From contig CAZISY010000005.1 in the NCBI GenBank assembly GCA_964542025.1, positions 4,786-68,785 on the forward strand: 64,000 nucleotides of DNA. The letters are read 5' to 3'. Position numbers and translations under genes: made by a program. The stretch comes from an uncultured Verrucomicrobiota bacterium. Its GTDB lineage: Bacteria > Verrucomicrobiota > Kiritimatiellia > RZYC01. This document shows, piece after piece, positions 41,176 to 50,713 of this stretch; the stretch's first letter is position 1; each line of letters opens with the position of its first letter. The notes beneath the pieces are model-generated. The model did no database searches and had not been told where the DNA came from. It saw nothing but the letters and a program-made list of their open reading frames with translations.

Positions 41176-42085
41176 GCAGGTTTACGTCTTCTTTTTCATC
41201 CTGATTCAGCAGCGCATGAATGAACTGACGGCTGTCGAAAACTTCGAGGTCCTCTGCGCTTTCTCCCAGACCGATCAGCCGCACGGGTATCCCCAGTTCC
41301 CGATAAACAGAAAAAATGAAACCGCCCCTTGATGAACCATCAAGCTTGGTGACGATTGCGCCCGTCAGTGAAATGCTCTCATGAAAAACGCGTGCCTGAG
41401 CAATCGCATTTTGTCCCAGCGAAGCATCCAGCACGATCCATACTTCCTGCGGCGCATTGGCTTTCACCTTTGCCAGGGAGCGTTTCACTTTTTGAAGCTC
41501 TGTCATCAATGGCAGTTTTGTGTGCATGCGCCCTGCCGTGTCAATGAACAGATAATCATATCCGCGTTTGACGGCGGCCTCAACGGCATCATAAGCGACA
41601 GCGGCCGCATCCGCACCCTGTCGTCCCGCCACAATATCGCATCCGAGACGATCCGCCCAAATTCGTAATTGATCGGTCCCGGCGGCGCGAAACGTATCGG
41701 CCCCGGCCAAGAGTGTCTGCCGTCCATTATTTTTTGCACAGAAGCCAAGCTTTGCGCAGCTGGTTGTTTTTCCTGAACCATTGGTTCCGACCAGTAGGAC
41801 AACTATCGGCTTTTCCTGAACTTCCCAAGTCCACGGCGCCGCAGCCCCCAGCGATTGAAGCATCGCTTCGGTCAGGGCCGTTATAAACTGACCGCGTGAT
41901 TTGGCAGAACCTATGGATGCAAGCCACTCCGCAGCCAACGTCGGCGCCACATCCGCACTGATCAGATGCTTTTCCATCTGCTCAAAATCGGGTACACCAT
42001 CGACTGACGATTCTTTAAAAAGACGCGCCGCGCCCCCGAAAAGAGCCCGTCTTGTCAAACGCAATGCGTTTAGCCATGAAGCCAT
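41168..42085 (-). CDS. ftsY: Signal recognition particle receptor FtsY (NG domain)
   Basis: GTPase motifs LLVGTNGSGKTTSCAKLG, DTFRAAG, DTAGRMHTK, and TKLDGSSRGG. Confidence 0.9.
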   Translation of the reverse strand: MASWLNALRLTRRALFGGAARLFKESSVDGVPDFEQMEKHLISADVAPTLAAEWLASIGSAKSRGQFITALTEAMLQSLGAAAPWTWEVQEKPIVVLLVGTNGSGKTTSCAKLGFCAKNNGRQTLLAGADTFRAAGTDQLRIWADRLGCDIVAGRQGADAAAVAYDAVEAAVKRGYDYLFIDTAGRMHTKLPLMTELQKVKRSLAKVKANAPQEVWIVLDASLGQNAIAQARVFHESISLTGAIVTKLDGSSRGGFIFSVYRELGIPVRLIGLGESAEDLEVFDSRQFIHALLNQDEKEDVNLHD

Positions 42086-42097
42086 GGTTGTGCTCCA

Positions 42098-42547
42098 CTA
42101 GTCATTGTTTTCGTTGTTCTTTGCCTTTTTCATTCCGCGCGGTATTGAGCGAAGAAGCTTGTCCAACACACCATTTACAAACCGTCCGGACTCCGGATTA
42201 CTGAGATCTTTTACCAAATCAATGGCTTCATTGATTGAAACCACAGGCGGAATGTCCTCGCAAAACAGCATTTCATAAACGGCCACTCTCAGCACATTCC
42301 GATCCACCGCGCCCATACGACCCAATTCCCAGTTATCCGCGCAGGCCATGATTCGCCGATCAATTTCTTCTTTGTTGCGGAGCACGCCATAAACAATTTG
42401 TTCAGCAAAAGAAATGATCTTGGGTGATGCTGGATGCTCCTGTTGTTCCCAGAAGACTTGCAGGGCTTCTTCGGGTGGATTCGGATTAAAGTCCATTTGG
42501 AAAAGAAACTGAGCGGCCCGTTCCCGGGCGGTGTGACGTACGGACAT
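42098..42547 (-). CDS. nusB: Transcription antitermination factor NusB
   Basis: RERAAQFLFQMDF and the ...AVDRNVLRVAVYE NusB fold signature, adjacent to ribH. Confidence 0.9.
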   Translation of the reverse strand: MSVRHTARERAAQFLFQMDFNPNPPEEALQVFWEQQEHPASPKIISFAEQIVYGVLRNKEEIDRRIMACADNWELGRMGAVDRNVLRVAVYEMLFCEDIPPVVSINEAIDLVKDLSNPESGRFVNGVLDKLLRSIPRGMKKAKNNENND

Positions 42548-42548
42548 A

Positions 42549-43067
42549 TTAGTTCCTTATTCTCTTGAGCGTTTCAATCATTTCCAGGGCGGCCAGGGCA
42601 GCATAACGGCCCCGGCTGTTTTCCCCTGTACAGCGTTCGACAGCCTGTTCTATCGACTGTGCCGATATGACTTCGTAAATAATAGGCAGGGCGTAATCCA
42701 ACGACAAACGGCCCAGTGATAGGGCGATGTGCTGGTTGATCAACTGAGCATGCTGCGTTTCACCCTGAATAACCACACCCAATGCGATGATGGCGTCAAA
42801 CGCTCTTTTCCGTGCAAGTTCGTTGACCACAGTTGGAATTTCATAGGCTCCCGGAACCCATGCGACATTTATATCGGACGCCTTGACGCCGTGATTGAGC
42901 AGGGAGCGCACGGCGGCATCAGCCAGAGCCGTTGTCAACTCCATGTTGAAGCGGCTCACCACCACGGCACAACGGACTCCATTTCCCTGTAATGATCCAG
43001 CTATCTGAACGGTGCCTTCATACTGCGGCACTTCCGAAAGATTATCCAAAACAAGTGCTTTTTTCAT
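42549..43067 (-). CDS. ribH: 6,7-dimethyl-8-ribityllumazine synthase
   Basis: RFNMELTTALADAA, VAWVPGAYEIP and ALGVVIQGETQHAQ motifs. Confidence 0.9.
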   Translation of the reverse strand: MKKALVLDNLSEVPQYEGTVQIAGSLQGNGVRCAVVVSRFNMELTTALADAAVRSLLNHGVKASDINVAWVPGAYEIPTVVNELARKRAFDAIIALGVVIQGETQHAQLINQHIALSLGRLSLDYALPIIYEVISAQSIEQAVERCTGENSRGRYAALAALEMIETLKRIRN

Positions 43068-43076
43068 GCGGTACTC

Positions 43077-44303
43077 TCAGAGCATGTGTCCCATTTTATT
43101 TTTTTTAGTTTCCAAATACTTTTTGTTGTGAACGGTGCAGCCGACGTTTATGGGAATACGCTTTTCGATGAGTAATCCGAACTGCTCCAACCCTTCGACT
43201 TTTCGGGGATTGTTGGTCATCAACTGAATTTTGTGCAGACCGAGGTCAGCCAGTATCTGTGCTCCGCTTCCGTAGTCCCGAAGGTCTGCATCGAATCCCA
43301 AATGAATATTGGCCTCGACAGTGTCCATTCCTTTTTCCTGCAGAGCATAAGCGTGCAGTTTATGAACCAGGCCGATCCCCCGGCCCTCCTGGCGCATATA
43401 CAAAATGACGCCATGTCCGACTCCGGCCACTTCCTTCATGGCGTAGTCCAGCTGCCGGCCACAGTCGCAGCGTTCAGAATGAAATACATCCCCGGTCAGG
43501 CATTCACTGTGAATCCGCACCAGTGCCGCTGATTGTTTCTCCGGCTCCCCCATCACGAGGGCCAGATGATCAAGATTGTCCAAACGCGAATGATACAGTT
43601 TTAATGTAAACCGCCCGTATGACGTGGGCATATCCACCGTCTGCAGGAGTTGAACCAGCTTCTCGTTCCGGCGTCGGTATTTAATCAGTGAGGCAACCGA
43701 CACAATGGGGAGTTTGTGCTTTTTAGAAAACGCCATCAATTCGGGGAGACGGGCCATTTGACCATCATCCCGAAGGATCTCGCAGATGACGCCAGATGGA
43801 TTCAGACCGGCCAGTCGCGAAAGATCCACGGCAGCTTCGGTATGCCCCGGGCGGCGCAACACGCCATCTGCAACCGCTTCCAGAGGGAAAATATGTCCCG
43901 GGCGGCGAAGGTCGCCCGCTGTACTTTGGGGATCAATCAACACTTGGATCGTAGACGCGCGGTCCTGCGCACTGATTCCAGTGGTGACGCCCCGCACGGT
44001 GGCGTCCACCGAGTCCATAAAGGCAGTTCCAAAGAGATCATGTTCACCGCGCGGAACCATCCGAGAGAGGCCCAGTTTTCGCAAGGGCTCTTTTTCCATC
44101 GGAACGCAAATCAGTCCTCTGCCATACGTCACCATGAAATTAATAATTTCAGGAGTGACTTTTTCAGCAGAGCAAACCAGATCGCCTTCGTTTTCCCGCT
44201 GCTCGTCATCCGTGACGATAACCATGCATCCGCCGCGCAGTGTTTCAAGCGCCTTTTCAATGGTGTCAAACCCGTCTTCAACCGCATCCGTATTCTTTTT
44301 CAT
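43077..44303 (-). CDS. ribBA: Bifunctional 3,4-dihydroxy-2-butanone-4-phosphate synthase / GTP cyclohydrolase II
   Basis: The DHBP synthase domain (RENEGDLV) is followed by the GCHII Zn motif (CLTGD...CDCG) and RHEGRGIGL. Confidence 0.9.
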   Translation of the reverse strand: MKKNTDAVEDGFDTIEKALETLRGGCMVIVTDDEQRENEGDLVCSAEKVTPEIINFMVTYGRGLICVPMEKEPLRKLGLSRMVPRGEHDLFGTAFMDSVDATVRGVTTGISAQDRASTIQVLIDPQSTAGDLRRPGHIFPLEAVADGVLRRPGHTEAAVDLSRLAGLNPSGVICEILRDDGQMARLPELMAFSKKHKLPIVSVASLIKYRRRNEKLVQLLQTVDMPTSYGRFTLKLYHSRLDNLDHLALVMGEPEKQSAALVRIHSECLTGDVFHSERCDCGRQLDYAMKEVAGVGHGVILYMRQEGRGIGLVHKLHAYALQEKGMDTVEANIHLGFDADLRDYGSGAQILADLGLHKIQLMTNNPRKVEGLEQFGLLIEKRIPINVGCTVHNKKYLETKKNKMGHML

Positions 44304-44529
44304 AAAAAAACCCCGAGAGACTATTCATCTTCGGGATAGATTTCACCTAACGGTTATACTGTATCTTTTTCCATCCAGACTGTTACTGTCGGCTATGGAT
44401 GATCCGTTAAAGTCACATGTTCTTTTAACGGACGACCATATCAGTTCGCTGCCTTCAGCAAACTCGCGGGCTTCACCGCCGGTCAGGAATTTCTTTCCAC
44501 GACAGGAAAGGCACCATGTCCCAAAGATT
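44304..44529 (-). promoter_or_regulatory. FMN riboswitch (RFN element) with a terminator hairpin and U-run, leading the ribBA operon
   Basis: The minus strand carries ...GGAAAGAAAUUCCUGACCGGCGGUGAAGCCCGCGAG...GCCGACAGUAACAGUCUGGAUGGAAAAAGAU, matching the conserved RFN cores. The P1 halves are AUCUUU and AAAGAU. It is followed by CCCGAAGA...UCUCUCGGGG plus U7, directly before the ribBA ATG. Confidence 0.8.
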
Positions 44530-44637
44530 GCTGCATTCATATTATTATTTTTGTTATTCACGCAAGGGATAATATGATTTATCTTCTGAATTCATTTCGT
44601 TTTAAAAACTATCGGCATTCACCGAGAGAAAAGAGGG

Positions 44638-45747
44638 ATGGGCATGGCTTTTGAAAGCGGCAGTATTGGATTTCGTATGTATTGGGTTCCCAAACCGTTC
44701 ACGCGTGATGCTGTTGACCGTTTTGCGGAACACGCCGCTGTTCCGCTTTCTGCTATCAAGGATGACGAGCTGCGCGGCTGGGTAACCGGGCGGCACTTGC
44801 TTGATCGTCATATTACTGAAGAAACGGCTTTTCGAGGTCAGTATTTCCACCTGGCTATGCAGCAGGCTGCCCGCAAAATCCCAGCGTCCCTGCTGCGCGC
44901 GGAATGCAAAATGGAAGAGATGGCCATGCTCGCCGCCGAGGAAAAACCTTTTTTAAACAGACAGGAGCGTGCCGCGATTCGGAAAACGGTGTCTGAGAAA
45001 CTGCTGCCGCAAATGCCTCCGCAGATCAAGGGAACGCCGTTTGTCTATGCGCCGGAATCATCGTTTCTCTATGCTTCGGCCCAGTCGGCCAAGCAAAGCG
45101 ATCTGTTTGTTGCTCTGATTCAACAAACGCTGGGTGTTACGATTATACCCTGTACGCCGGACTTCACCGCCTTACAGCAAACCAACACCGACATCCACCA
45201 ATGGAATGCCGTTTCCTTTTCACCCAAGGTTTCAAGCGATTTGATGGAACTCACCACCGGGCGGGATTTTCTGACCTGGCTTCTTTTCTATACGGAAGCC
45301 TGCGGAGGGACCTTCTCCAGCGAAGCACTGGGAGATATTCAGCTTATGCTGGAAGGGCCGCTTCTGTTTACCCATGAGGGAGCCGGAGCCTACGAAATTG
45401 TGTTGCGCAAAGGAGAACCGCTACTCAGCATGGAGGCGAAGTCCTGTTTACTCAATGGCAAGAAACTGCGCCAGGCCAAAGTGACGTTCACCATCGGCGA
45501 AGAGATATGGGCATTTACCCTGGATGCCGATGAGTGGATATTCCGAAATCTGACCCTTCCGAAAATTGAAGAGGTCATGGACGAAACCAGTTACTTTGAA
45601 GAACGAATCCGCCGACTCGAACGCTTCCTGGAAATGTTCCTTTTCATTTTCGGTCAATTCACGGCGGCACGCAGTGATAAACCGCGTTGGAACAAAATGC
45701 AAAAAGACATATTCAAATGGGTTGACGAACGGGTGGGACGTATCTAG
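44638..45747 (+). CDS. Distant RdgC-like (recombination-associated protein RdgC family) protein
   Basis: The N-terminal F.MYWVPKP...T block and the central SEKLLPQMPPQIKGTPFVYAPESSFLYASAQSAKQSDLFVALIQQTLGVTIIPCTP block parallel the RdgC core. The match is remote. Confidence 0.45.
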   Translation: MGMAFESGSIGFRMYWVPKPFTRDAVDRFAEHAAVPLSAIKDDELRGWVTGRHLLDRHITEETAFRGQYFHLAMQQAARKIPASLLRAECKMEEMAMLAAEEKPFLNRQERAAIRKTVSEKLLPQMPPQIKGTPFVYAPESSFLYASAQSAKQSDLFVALIQQTLGVTIIPCTPDFTALQQTNTDIHQWNAVSFSPKVSSDLMELTTGRDFLTWLLFYTEACGGTFSSEALGDIQLMLEGPLLFTHEGAGAYEIVLRKGEPLLSMEAKSCLLNGKKLRQAKVTFTIGEEIWAFTLDADEWIFRNLTLPKIEEVMDETSYFEERIRRLERFLEMFLFIFGQFTAARSDKPRWNKMQKDIFKWVDERVGRI

Positions 45748-45749
45748 CC

Positions 45750-46697
45750 GTGTCCATATTCAACAAAACGGGAATCTATCTTCTGGCTGGACTGATCCTG
45801 GGCGTTTTTTCCGCCACGCTGATCATCGTTCTTAAGCCTGCGTTGTCAATACATGGCCATTCCCCTACCCTGTCGATTGATCGCACGGGGCATTCCGATG
45901 AGACTGGCGGCACCGCACCATCGTCCAATACGTTCCATGCACTGATCCCGGGGAGGCCGGATTCTTCCGCCGCGCTAACAACTTCGTCGGCGAGCTCTTC
46001 AGACCGACTTCCTGAAGAGGGTTCAGCTGCGCAGGCGGAAATGGATCGCCTTCGCAAGTTGAACGTTCAGCTTCAATCGCAGTTGGCTGAAATACTTTCC
46101 TGGATGCTGGCGAACTACAAAGGACGTTATCCATTGGCCGAACATCAAATCACCAACCTCAGTTTTCATGCGATGACCGACACTTTTGACCTGAATCCAG
46201 CCGTAGCGGAATTTATGCATCTTCAAAGCAACGAAGTGCTCATGATCAACGACTTGCTTTCATATGGCGGAACCCTTGCAAATGATCTTGTGGCGGAAAA
46301 CATTTCAGTCACAGAATCGGAAAACGGAAAGGTTGTGCTGCACATTCCCCCCTTTCAAGAGGAGGGCGCCGTACTTCGGGAGGACGTCTACTCGGCGCTT
46401 GAGGCAACATTGGGCCCCTATCGTTTTGATCGTTTCATGGATATAACGGCCGGGAAAATGGATGAGGACTTCAACTATTTTGGCGACGCCAGTCATACCA
46501 TTATTATTGAGCCGATTTATTCCGAAACCGAGGACGGACTTCAGTGGCGAATTCGCGACGGATGGATCATTCTGGAAGAAGATTCGTCCAAAACAATTAA
46601 GGCCACAGAAACCGTCGTCCGCACCCTTCCTGAAGAATACGATAAATACGTCAACTACCTGCCGGCTTATTTATATTCAGACGCTGCACAGGAATAG
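45750..46697 (+). CDS. Hypothetical membrane-anchored protein (N-terminal TM, Ser/Thr-rich linker, coiled coil, C-terminal globular domain)
   Basis: GTG start 3 nt after the RdgC-like stop, so the two are coupled. No recognisable domain. Confidence 0.45.
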   Translation: MSIFNKTGIYLLAGLILGVFSATLIIVLKPALSIHGHSPTLSIDRTGHSDETGGTAPSSNTFHALIPGRPDSSAALTTSSASSSDRLPEEGSAAQAEMDRLRKLNVQLQSQLAEILSWMLANYKGRYPLAEHQITNLSFHAMTDTFDLNPAVAEFMHLQSNEVLMINDLLSYGGTLANDLVAENISVTESENGKVVLHIPPFQEEGAVLREDVYSALEATLGPYRFDRFMDITAGKMDEDFNYFGDASHTIIIEPIYSETEDGLQWRIRDGWIILEEDSSKTIKATETVVRTLPEEYDKYVNYLPAYLYSDAAQE

Positions 46698-46716
46698 CCT
46701 GTCTGTGCAGAGAACG

Positions 46717-47400
46717 TTATGAGGGTTTGGCCGTCCGCGTGTTTTGCCGTTCATTGATCAGTGACAACAAATACGTATTTGACCGGAAGACCTCCTGGCA
46801 ATACGGGCAGGTCTGTTCGTCCTGCAATTTCAGTGCATCATAAGGCAGTTGACGGCCGCAGCTTGGACACCGGACCACTGTTTTATCAGGTTGATGTGAA
46901 TCCGGCTTCCTGGAGTCATCACGCCTGGTTGCGGCTTCCGGGTCAGGTTCCAACGTAATTTGAACTTCCGGAATTTGCGTTTCCGGTTCCTCGACGGATT
47001 TTTCTTCTGCGGGCTCAAGGGGCTGATTCGGGCGTGGCGGAATCGTTTTGATCACCGTTCCTGCATGCCATTCATCCAGATGTTCAGTCCACAATGCAGC
47101 CAATTCATCCAGATGGCTTTCAAGCCTCTTCAGCTGCTCAACGATCCGGGCAGTTTCAGCGCTTTGCGCGAGAGACGTTTCATTCGGTTTGCCGCCGGAC
47201 GATGCAGCCTGTTTCTGTTCATCCATCCGCTCAATAATCTGCGCCGTGACTGACGATTGCGCTTTAACCTGCTTCCGAAGAATGCTGCCAATGGCCTTTA
47301 GCTCGCGGCTCATGGCATTGTAACGAAACGCCACCATAAAAAGGGATACAATCAGCGCGCAAAACACCGTTCCGATGATTATGGCGCTCATCATGTCCAT
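46717..47400 (-). CDS. Hypothetical single-pass membrane protein with a coiled coil and a C-terminal CxxC...CxxC zinc ribbon
   Basis: TM (IIIGTVFCALIVSLFMVAF), a coiled coil, then RCPSCGRQ...CPYCQ. Its start overlaps the stop of the upstream response regulator (TAATG). Confidence 0.5.
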   Translation of the reverse strand: MDMMSAIIIGTVFCALIVSLFMVAFRYNAMSRELKAIGSILRKQVKAQSSVTAQIIERMDEQKQAASSGGKPNETSLAQSAETARIVEQLKRLESHLDELAALWTEHLDEWHAGTVIKTIPPRPNQPLEPAEEKSVEEPETQIPEVQITLEPDPEAATRRDDSRKPDSHQPDKTVVRCPSCGRQLPYDALKLQDEQTCPYCQEVFRSNTYLLSLINERQNTRTAKPS

Positions 47401-47816
47401 TACCTGTCTCCTGTGGCATTATTCTGCTTCATTTTGCGAACCGTCTCGGCGGTTTCCTGAAGAATTTTTTGTATCTGCTCAATCGGTGTCACCTTCAATA
47501 TAAAGTTCAACGCGCCCAGTTTGAAACACTTTTTCACGACTTCTTCATCCACATACGCCGACATCATGATCACTTTGGCATCAGGATGCGCCTCCATTAA
47601 CTCCGTTAACGCATCCAATCCGTTTTTCATCGGCATATCGATATCCATCAGCACGATGTCTGGTTTGTATCGGCTGAAATAGGTGATTGCGGCGGCTCCT
47701 GTGGCGGCCATGCCCACCAGTTTCATGCCTGCCCGCTCGATAACCATTTTGAGCAGGAAGCGAATATTCGCTTCATCATCCACAATTAAAACTGTGGGTA
47801 CATCCAAAGCCATCAT
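47400..47816 (-). CDS. Stand-alone CheY-like response regulator receiver
   Basis: VLIVDDE, the phospho-acceptor IVLMDIDMP and KVIMMSA motifs. 138 aa with no output domain. Its start overlaps the lpxA stop. Confidence 0.8.
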   Translation of the reverse strand: MMALDVPTVLIVDDEANIRFLLKMVIERAGMKLVGMAATGAAAITYFSRYKPDIVLMDIDMPMKNGLDALTELMEAHPDAKVIMMSAYVDEEVVKKCFKLGALNFILKVTPIEQIQKILQETAETVRKMKQNNATGDR

Positions 47817-48602
47817 TTACTCCCTGATCGTGCTGCAAAGCCCGCGTTCCGATTGTTCGGCGAACTGCCACAGCTCCGCGGCCGGACCGGTTGGAAACTC
47901 CGCCTTCATTTTTTCCACGGCCTGCCCGATATTCAAGCCGCTCCGGTAGAGGGCATCAAAAGCCTGTTTGATGGCCTTGCGGTCTTCCGGTCCAATCCCT
48001 GCCCGTTTCAGCCCGACCAGGTTAAGTCCCGCAATTCGATTTCGCTCTGCGCTTTCTGTCATGCAAAACGGCGGAATATCCTTACCAATTCCGCTTTGCC
48101 CGCCCAGCATGGCCAAACGTCCGATTTTTACAAATTGATGGATTACCACAGAACCACTGATGAAGGCATTATCGCCCACCTCCACATAGCCTGCCAACAA
48201 AGCGGCGTTGGCTACGATCACCTTGCGCCCGAGTCGAACATTATGCGCAAAATGAGAAAACGCCATGAGGAAGCATTGATCCCCGATCACTGTGCGCGTA
48301 TCTGGTTTGGTACCCCGATGGATGGTGACCCCTTCCCGAATCACACAATCATCGCCGATATCCACATAACTGGTCGCTCCAGAAAATGATAAATCCTGAG
48401 GAAAATCGCCCAGAACAGCCGTGGCATGCACCCGGCAACGCTTTCCGAGTGTTGTAAACGGATGAATCACCACATGAGGTCCGATCATACATCCATCCCC
48501 CAGTGTTACGTCATCGCCGATCACTGAATAGGGGCCTATCACCACATTTTCGCCAATCACCGTCTTTTTGCCAACAATCGCCGTGGGATGTATTTCCGAC
48601 AT
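47817..48602 (-). CDS. lpxA: Acyl-ACP--UDP-N-acetylglucosamine O-acyltransferase
   Basis: N-terminal hexapeptide repeats (IHPTAIVGKKTVIGENVVIGPYSVIGDDVTLG). The C-terminal helical domain carries the LpxA pattern ...NRIAGLNLVGLKRAG.... Confidence 0.85.
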   Translation of the reverse strand: MSEIHPTAIVGKKTVIGENVVIGPYSVIGDDVTLGDGCMIGPHVVIHPFTTLGKRCRVHATAVLGDFPQDLSFSGATSYVDIGDDCVIREGVTIHRGTKPDTRTVIGDQCFLMAFSHFAHNVRLGRKVIVANAALLAGYVEVGDNAFISGSVVIHQFVKIGRLAMLGGQSGIGKDIPPFCMTESAERNRIAGLNLVGLKRAGIGPEDRKAIKQAFDALYRSGLNIGQAVEKMKAEFPTGPAAELWQFAEQSERGLCSTIRE

Positions 48603-48611
48603 TTCATTCTC

Positions 48612-49370
48612 CTAAAAAGGCGCCAATCCATCTTCACGCATGCTGATGTAGCGCAAGGCATCGGTCTGCGGGTCACAGCCGAGGATTATATGGTCCAATA
48701 CCCGGATATCAACGATTTTACCGCATTCAATTAAGGTCCGCGTTACCCGAATATCATCGGGCGACGGCGCGGGATCACCGGAAGGATGGTTATGCACAAG
48801 GATAACTGCTGCACCGGCCGTCCGGACTGCTTCTCGAAACACTTCCCGGGGATGAACCAGACTTGCATCCAATGTGCCGCGCGATATCTCCAGCGGACGC
48901 TGCTTCATCCGGTTTTTCACATCCAGAATGAGGAGCCAAAAGGATTCTTCTTCCCGAAGGCGGATTAAGGCATGCATGACGTCAGCCACATCAGACGGCG
49001 TGGTGATTCGTTTACCGGCGGACGACGGACCTCCCTTCACCCGAAGTCCTATTTCAAGTGCCGCTTTCAACACCTGCGCCCTCACCCGCCCAACCCCCGC
49101 CTGCTGAGCCAGTTCATCCGTCGATACCCGTGCCAGTGCCTGCAAGGAACCGTATTTTCGGAGCAATTCTTCTGCAATCTGAATGACGTTTCTCCCCCGA
49201 ACTCCGCTGCGCAGGATCAGGGCGATCAGCACATGATCCGAAACGTTTTCCACGCCGACCCGATCTGCAAGCTCACGCGGGCGCTCCTGTTCAGGAATGT
49301 CACGAACACGAAAACAGGTTTGGCTTATGGGATACTGCCCACCTTCGGATGATTCTTGTTCCGTTTTCAT
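48612..49370 (-). CDS. radC: RadC-like JAB-domain protein (UPF0758)
   Basis: The N-terminal HhH region and the JAMM motif HNHPSGDPAPSPDDIRVT. Confidence 0.8.
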   Translation of the reverse strand: MKTEQESSEGGQYPISQTCFRVRDIPEQERPRELADRVGVENVSDHVLIALILRSGVRGRNVIQIAEELLRKYGSLQALARVSTDELAQQAGVGRVRAQVLKAALEIGLRVKGGPSSAGKRITTPSDVADVMHALIRLREEESFWLLILDVKNRMKQRPLEISRGTLDASLVHPREVFREAVRTAGAAVILVHNHPSGDPAPSPDDIRVTRTLIECGKIVDIRVLDHIILGCDPQTDALRYISMREDGLAPF

Positions 49371-50701
49371 GATTGCGCTGTATCTACGGCCGAGGCTGCA
49401 CACTGTCTGTATTGCTGCTCGTTAATGAGGTATTGCGCATAACGGTGCAAAACCTGGGTTGGCATACGTGCATAAACGGCAAGAGCAGTTTCTCCGGCGC
49501 TTTTCTCCAGGATAACCCCGTCATGGTGAACGGACGCCTGCATTTTTGCATCGGAAAAAGGTATGGATAAATAGACTTCCTGAAAGGAGGATTTAAGTTG
49601 TTCGGAGAGCATATTCAGCAGTTCCCCAACCCCCTCGCCTGTAGTAGCAGAAATAGGAACGGAGAGTCGGTTCAGGCGGGCGAGTCGTCCGGCATTCTGG
49701 CGGCCGGAAGACAAATCAATTTTATTCAACGCCATAATCACCGTCCGATCACCGATACCCAATTCATCAAGAACCTGATTGACCGCGCTGATTTGCTCCT
49801 CCACCTGCTCACTGGATGCGTCCACCACATGAATGAGCACATCCGCCTGGGTCACTTCTTCCAATGTGGCGTGAAAGGCTTCAATCAGATGATGCGGCAA
49901 TTTGTTAATGAATCCCACGGTATCATTCAGGAGGGCCGGCTGGCGGTTGGGCAATTCCACTTTACGGGTCGTGGTGTCCAGCGTCACAAATAACGCATCT
50001 TTGGCTTCCACCGAGGCATCGGTCAGACAATTCAGCAGCGTGGATTTCCCGGCATTGGTGTAGCCAACCAGCGAAATGGACGCCCATCCGTGTCTGCGCC
50101 GCCCTCTTCTCAATTCGTTTCGATGCCGCTGAACATCTTTCAATTCATCCTGAATTTTTGCGATCTTTTCCCTGATTCTTCTCCGGTCCACTTCAATCTG
50201 CTGTTCGCCCGGACCGCCCCGCACGCCGATGCCCCCCGTTTGCCGTTCCAGATGCGTCCAGAGGCGCCTCAGGCGGGGCAACTGATAATTCAACAGCGCC
50301 AACTCCACCTGCAAGATGCCCTCCCGGCTTTTCGCATGCCTGGCAAATATGTCCAGAATCACCTGGGTTCGATCAATCACACACACCTGCAGCATCAATT
50401 CCAGATTTCGTCCCTGGGCCGGCGAAATTTCATCGTTGAAAACTACGGCATCACATTGCTTTTCCCGAACAGTTTCAGCCAAATGTTCCGCAGTCCCCTT
50501 GCCAATATAATGACCGGGATGAATGGACTTCTGCTTCAGGATCAGCTGGTCAACCACCGTGCCGCCAAGCGTATCCACCAGGCGCGCCAGTTCGGAAAGG
50601 GAATCCTTGATGCGCCATTCCTCATCAGCATGGTTCATTACGCACACCAGCAAACAGCGTTCGCCCGGAGGGGTTGTTTCGTATCCTTTTTTTTCTTTCA
50701 T
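49367..50701 (-). CDS. hflX: GTPase HflX
   Basis: The HflX N-domain, then G-motifs GYTNAGKSTLLN, DTVGF and NKID. Confidence 0.9.
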   Translation of the reverse strand: MKEKKGYETTPPGERCLLVCVMNHADEEWRIKDSLSELARLVDTLGGTVVDQLILKQKSIHPGHYIGKGTAEHLAETVREKQCDAVVFNDEISPAQGRNLELMLQVCVIDRTQVILDIFARHAKSREGILQVELALLNYQLPRLRRLWTHLERQTGGIGVRGGPGEQQIEVDRRRIREKIAKIQDELKDVQRHRNELRRGRRRHGWASISLVGYTNAGKSTLLNCLTDASVEAKDALFVTLDTTTRKVELPNRQPALLNDTVGFINKLPHHLIEAFHATLEEVTQADVLIHVVDASSEQVEEQISAVNQVLDELGIGDRTVIMALNKIDLSSGRQNAGRLARLNRLSVPISATTGEGVGELLNMLSEQLKSSFQEVYLSIPFSDAKMQASVHHDGVILEKSAGETALAVYARMPTQVLHRYAQYLINEQQYRQCAASAVDTAQS

Positions 50702-50713
50702 CGTTTCTCCCTC

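Noticed and set aside
44343-44561. 72 aa minus-strand ORF
   Set aside because: It overlaps the FMN riboswitch aptamer and terminator, so it is non-coding leader.
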